DNA of 64,000 nucleotides. Source: Candidatus Poribacteria bacterium (GTDB lineage: Bacteria > Poribacteria > WGA-4E > WGA-3G). The stretch lies in NCBI GenBank assembly GCA_965215265.1, contig OZ244048.1:800001-864000 (forward strand), written 5' to 3'. Numbering within the stretch: the stretch's first letter is position 1; each line of letters starts with the position of its first letter. The notes under the pieces were generated by a model, which searched no databases, was not told the origin of the DNA, and saw only the letters and a list, made by a program, of their open reading frames with translations. The translations under genes and the position numbers were made by a program. Below, piece after piece: positions 62,367 to 64,000 of the stretch.

Positions 62367-63451
62367 TGTTAGAACTTGAACTCTGCATCGCCGGCGTGAT
62401 GCTTATTGCCCTCATTCTCTATGTACTCACAGGCGGTGCCGATTTCGGAGGGGGTATCTGGGACCTATTTGCAACAGGCCCTCGTGCCAATGCACAACGT
62501 AAACTTATCACGCAAGCCATTGCTCCCATTTGGGAGGCAAACCATGTCTGGCTGATCGTTATTGTTGTCCTGCTCTTTGTGGCGTTTCCTATCGCTTTCG
62601 CTGCGATAAGTACCGCTTTGCACATTCCCTTAACCTTGATGCTGATGGGGATTGTTCTACGCGGGTCTGCGTTTATTTTTCGTACGTATGACATAAGGAC
62701 GAATATAGAAAACGAATTCGACAGCAACCCGGAAGCAGAGGAATTGGGGACTGCGTACCGCCGATGGAGCCGAGTGTTCGCCGTTGCGAGTATTATTACG
62801 CCTATTATGCTTGGGGTTACATTGGGGGCCATCGCCACCGGTACAATTCACGTCAACGTGGACAGCGGACAGATAGACACTGACTTTATCTCATCGTGGC
62901 TAGCCCCCTTTCCGTTTGCAATTGGCTTTTTTACGTTGACGCTCTGTGCCTTACTTGCTGCTGTTTATCTGCTGTTGGAAACGGAGGAATCGGCTTTGCG
63001 GGAAGATTTTCGGCGGCGCGCCCTCATCGCAGCCGGCAGTGTTGGTGCAATGGCATGGCTCAGTTTTATGCTCTCTGCTGATGGTGCACCCACAATTCGA
63101 CACGGGTTGAGCAGCAGCACCTGGGCACTGTTGTTTCACATATTCACAGCGGCTGTCTCTGTCACTGCTATTTGGGCAATCTGGAAACGTCTGTTTCGCC
63201 TCGCACGGACGCTCGTGGCTATACAGGTTACCCTGATTATCTTCGGCTGGGGATTGGCACAGTACCCGTATCTTGTTACGCCGGACCTCACCTTCTCAAA
63301 AGGTGCCGCACCGGATGTTGTACTGCGGCTTTTGCTGCTTATCATTGGGATAGGCTTTGTTGTCGTACTGCCTGCCTTCTACTATCTTTATGCCGTCTTT
63401 AAAGGGAAAAGACGCTTAAAAGATACGGATAAGCACCTGAACGCCAAATAG
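62366..63451 (+). CDS. cydB: Cytochrome bd oxidase subunit II
   Basis: GADFGGG, PIWEANHVWL, LRG.AF; overlaps the cydA stop. Confidence 0.95.
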   Translation: MLELELCIAGVMLIALILYVLTGGADFGGGIWDLFATGPRANAQRKLITQAIAPIWEANHVWLIVIVVLLFVAFPIAFAAISTALHIPLTLMLMGIVLRGSAFIFRTYDIRTNIENEFDSNPEAEELGTAYRRWSRVFAVASIITPIMLGVTLGAIATGTIHVNVDSGQIDTDFISSWLAPFPFAIGFFTLTLCALLAAVYLLLETEESALREDFRRRALIAAGSVGAMAWLSFMLSADGAPTIRHGLSSSTWALLFHIFTAAVSVTAIWAIWKRLFRLARTLVAIQVTLIIFGWGLAQYPYLVTPDLTFSKGAAPDVVLRLLLLIIGIGFVVVLPAFYYLYAVFKGKRRLKDTDKHLNAK

Positions 63452-63460
63452 ACCTGAACG

Positions 63461-63726
63461 CTCTTTCGTCTATAGGAACCCGCTAAAGGCTGCTGCGATT
63501 TACAAACCTTTACAAAACTCGCCAGTGGCAGGATAGGTTTTCTTGTCTCTCCTGCAAGGAGAGACAATGAATACCTTTTACCTGCCACCCACTGGGAGCC
63601 GCTTTATGCTATGCCTAAGGAATCTCCGACGAGATTTACACACGAGCGTAAAATCATAACCTTTGATGGTACAGAGATAGACAAAAATCATTACATACGC
63701 GGTGATAGTACGGAGATATACGAAAA
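63461..63726. repeat. Repeat A copy 3 (inverted) containing nested repeat B at 63525-63588
   Basis: cgacgagatttacacacgag at 63627-63646; duplicated arm segment; gtggcagg...cctgccac sits in the central loop. Confidence 0.85.
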
Positions 63727-63779
63727 GATGAGATACACACAAAGACCTGAATGAAGAAAAAAAGGAAGAGCAACGGAAC

Positions 63780-64000
63780 TCAGCGTGTTACCGAGACAAC
63801 CTGTTTAAGCGCGTCTTCTTGTGCTGCCAACGCCTTCAGCTCTGGATTGAGCGTTATCGCGCGTGTCAGTGAATCACTGGCTTTTTCCAGTTGAGTCTCT
63901 AAGGCATAAGCACACGCGAGATTATAGTGCAGCAGCGCAACCTCCGGGAAAGTCTGGAGCGCACGTAGACACCTTTCACGTGCATCAGACGGGCGGTTCT
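63780..64000 (-). CDS. C-terminal part of a TPR protein (truncated by window end)
   Basis: Manual translation: ...LLHYNLACAYALETQLEKASDSLTRAITLNPELKALA...*. Confidence 0.75.
   Translation of the reverse strand, partial: NRPSDARERCLRALQTFPEVALLHYNLACAYALETQLEKASDSLTRAITLNPELKALAAQEDALKQVVSVTR

Overview
Gene-dense bacterial chromosomal window. It is most likely Candidatus Poribacteria or a relative; this is inferred from LamG/DUF1080 proteins ending in a V-[ED]-x3-K-[LI]-x3-W-x2-L-K tail and from the many WD40, TPR, NHL, sulfatase and FGE-fold genes. Core genes include polA, comM/yifB, cydAB, a ubiD-family decarboxylase, wza/wzc-like genes, ABC components, an RRM protein and tRNA-Ala(GGC). Three DNA-methylation or restriction loci are interspersed. 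(1) At 17.2-19.7 kb, an orphan type III Mod-like methyltransferase is split at a G8 tract. It follows a decayed toxin-antitoxin pair and is bracketed by two copies of a large imperfect-palindrome repeat; a third copy, with a nested smaller palindrome, lies at 63.5 kb. (2) At 26.7-36 kb, a rearranged type I R-M locus (hsdR-ygjP, two inserted genes, hsdM-hsdS) carries a duplicated promoter and an hsdS without a proper in-frame start, next to a WD40-trypsin protein with near-identical repeats. (3) At 56.7-58.6 kb, a methyltransferase-HNH fusion is flanked by a 41-bp duplication of the neighbouring gene's start. All calls rest on visual motif recognition; no database searches were run.
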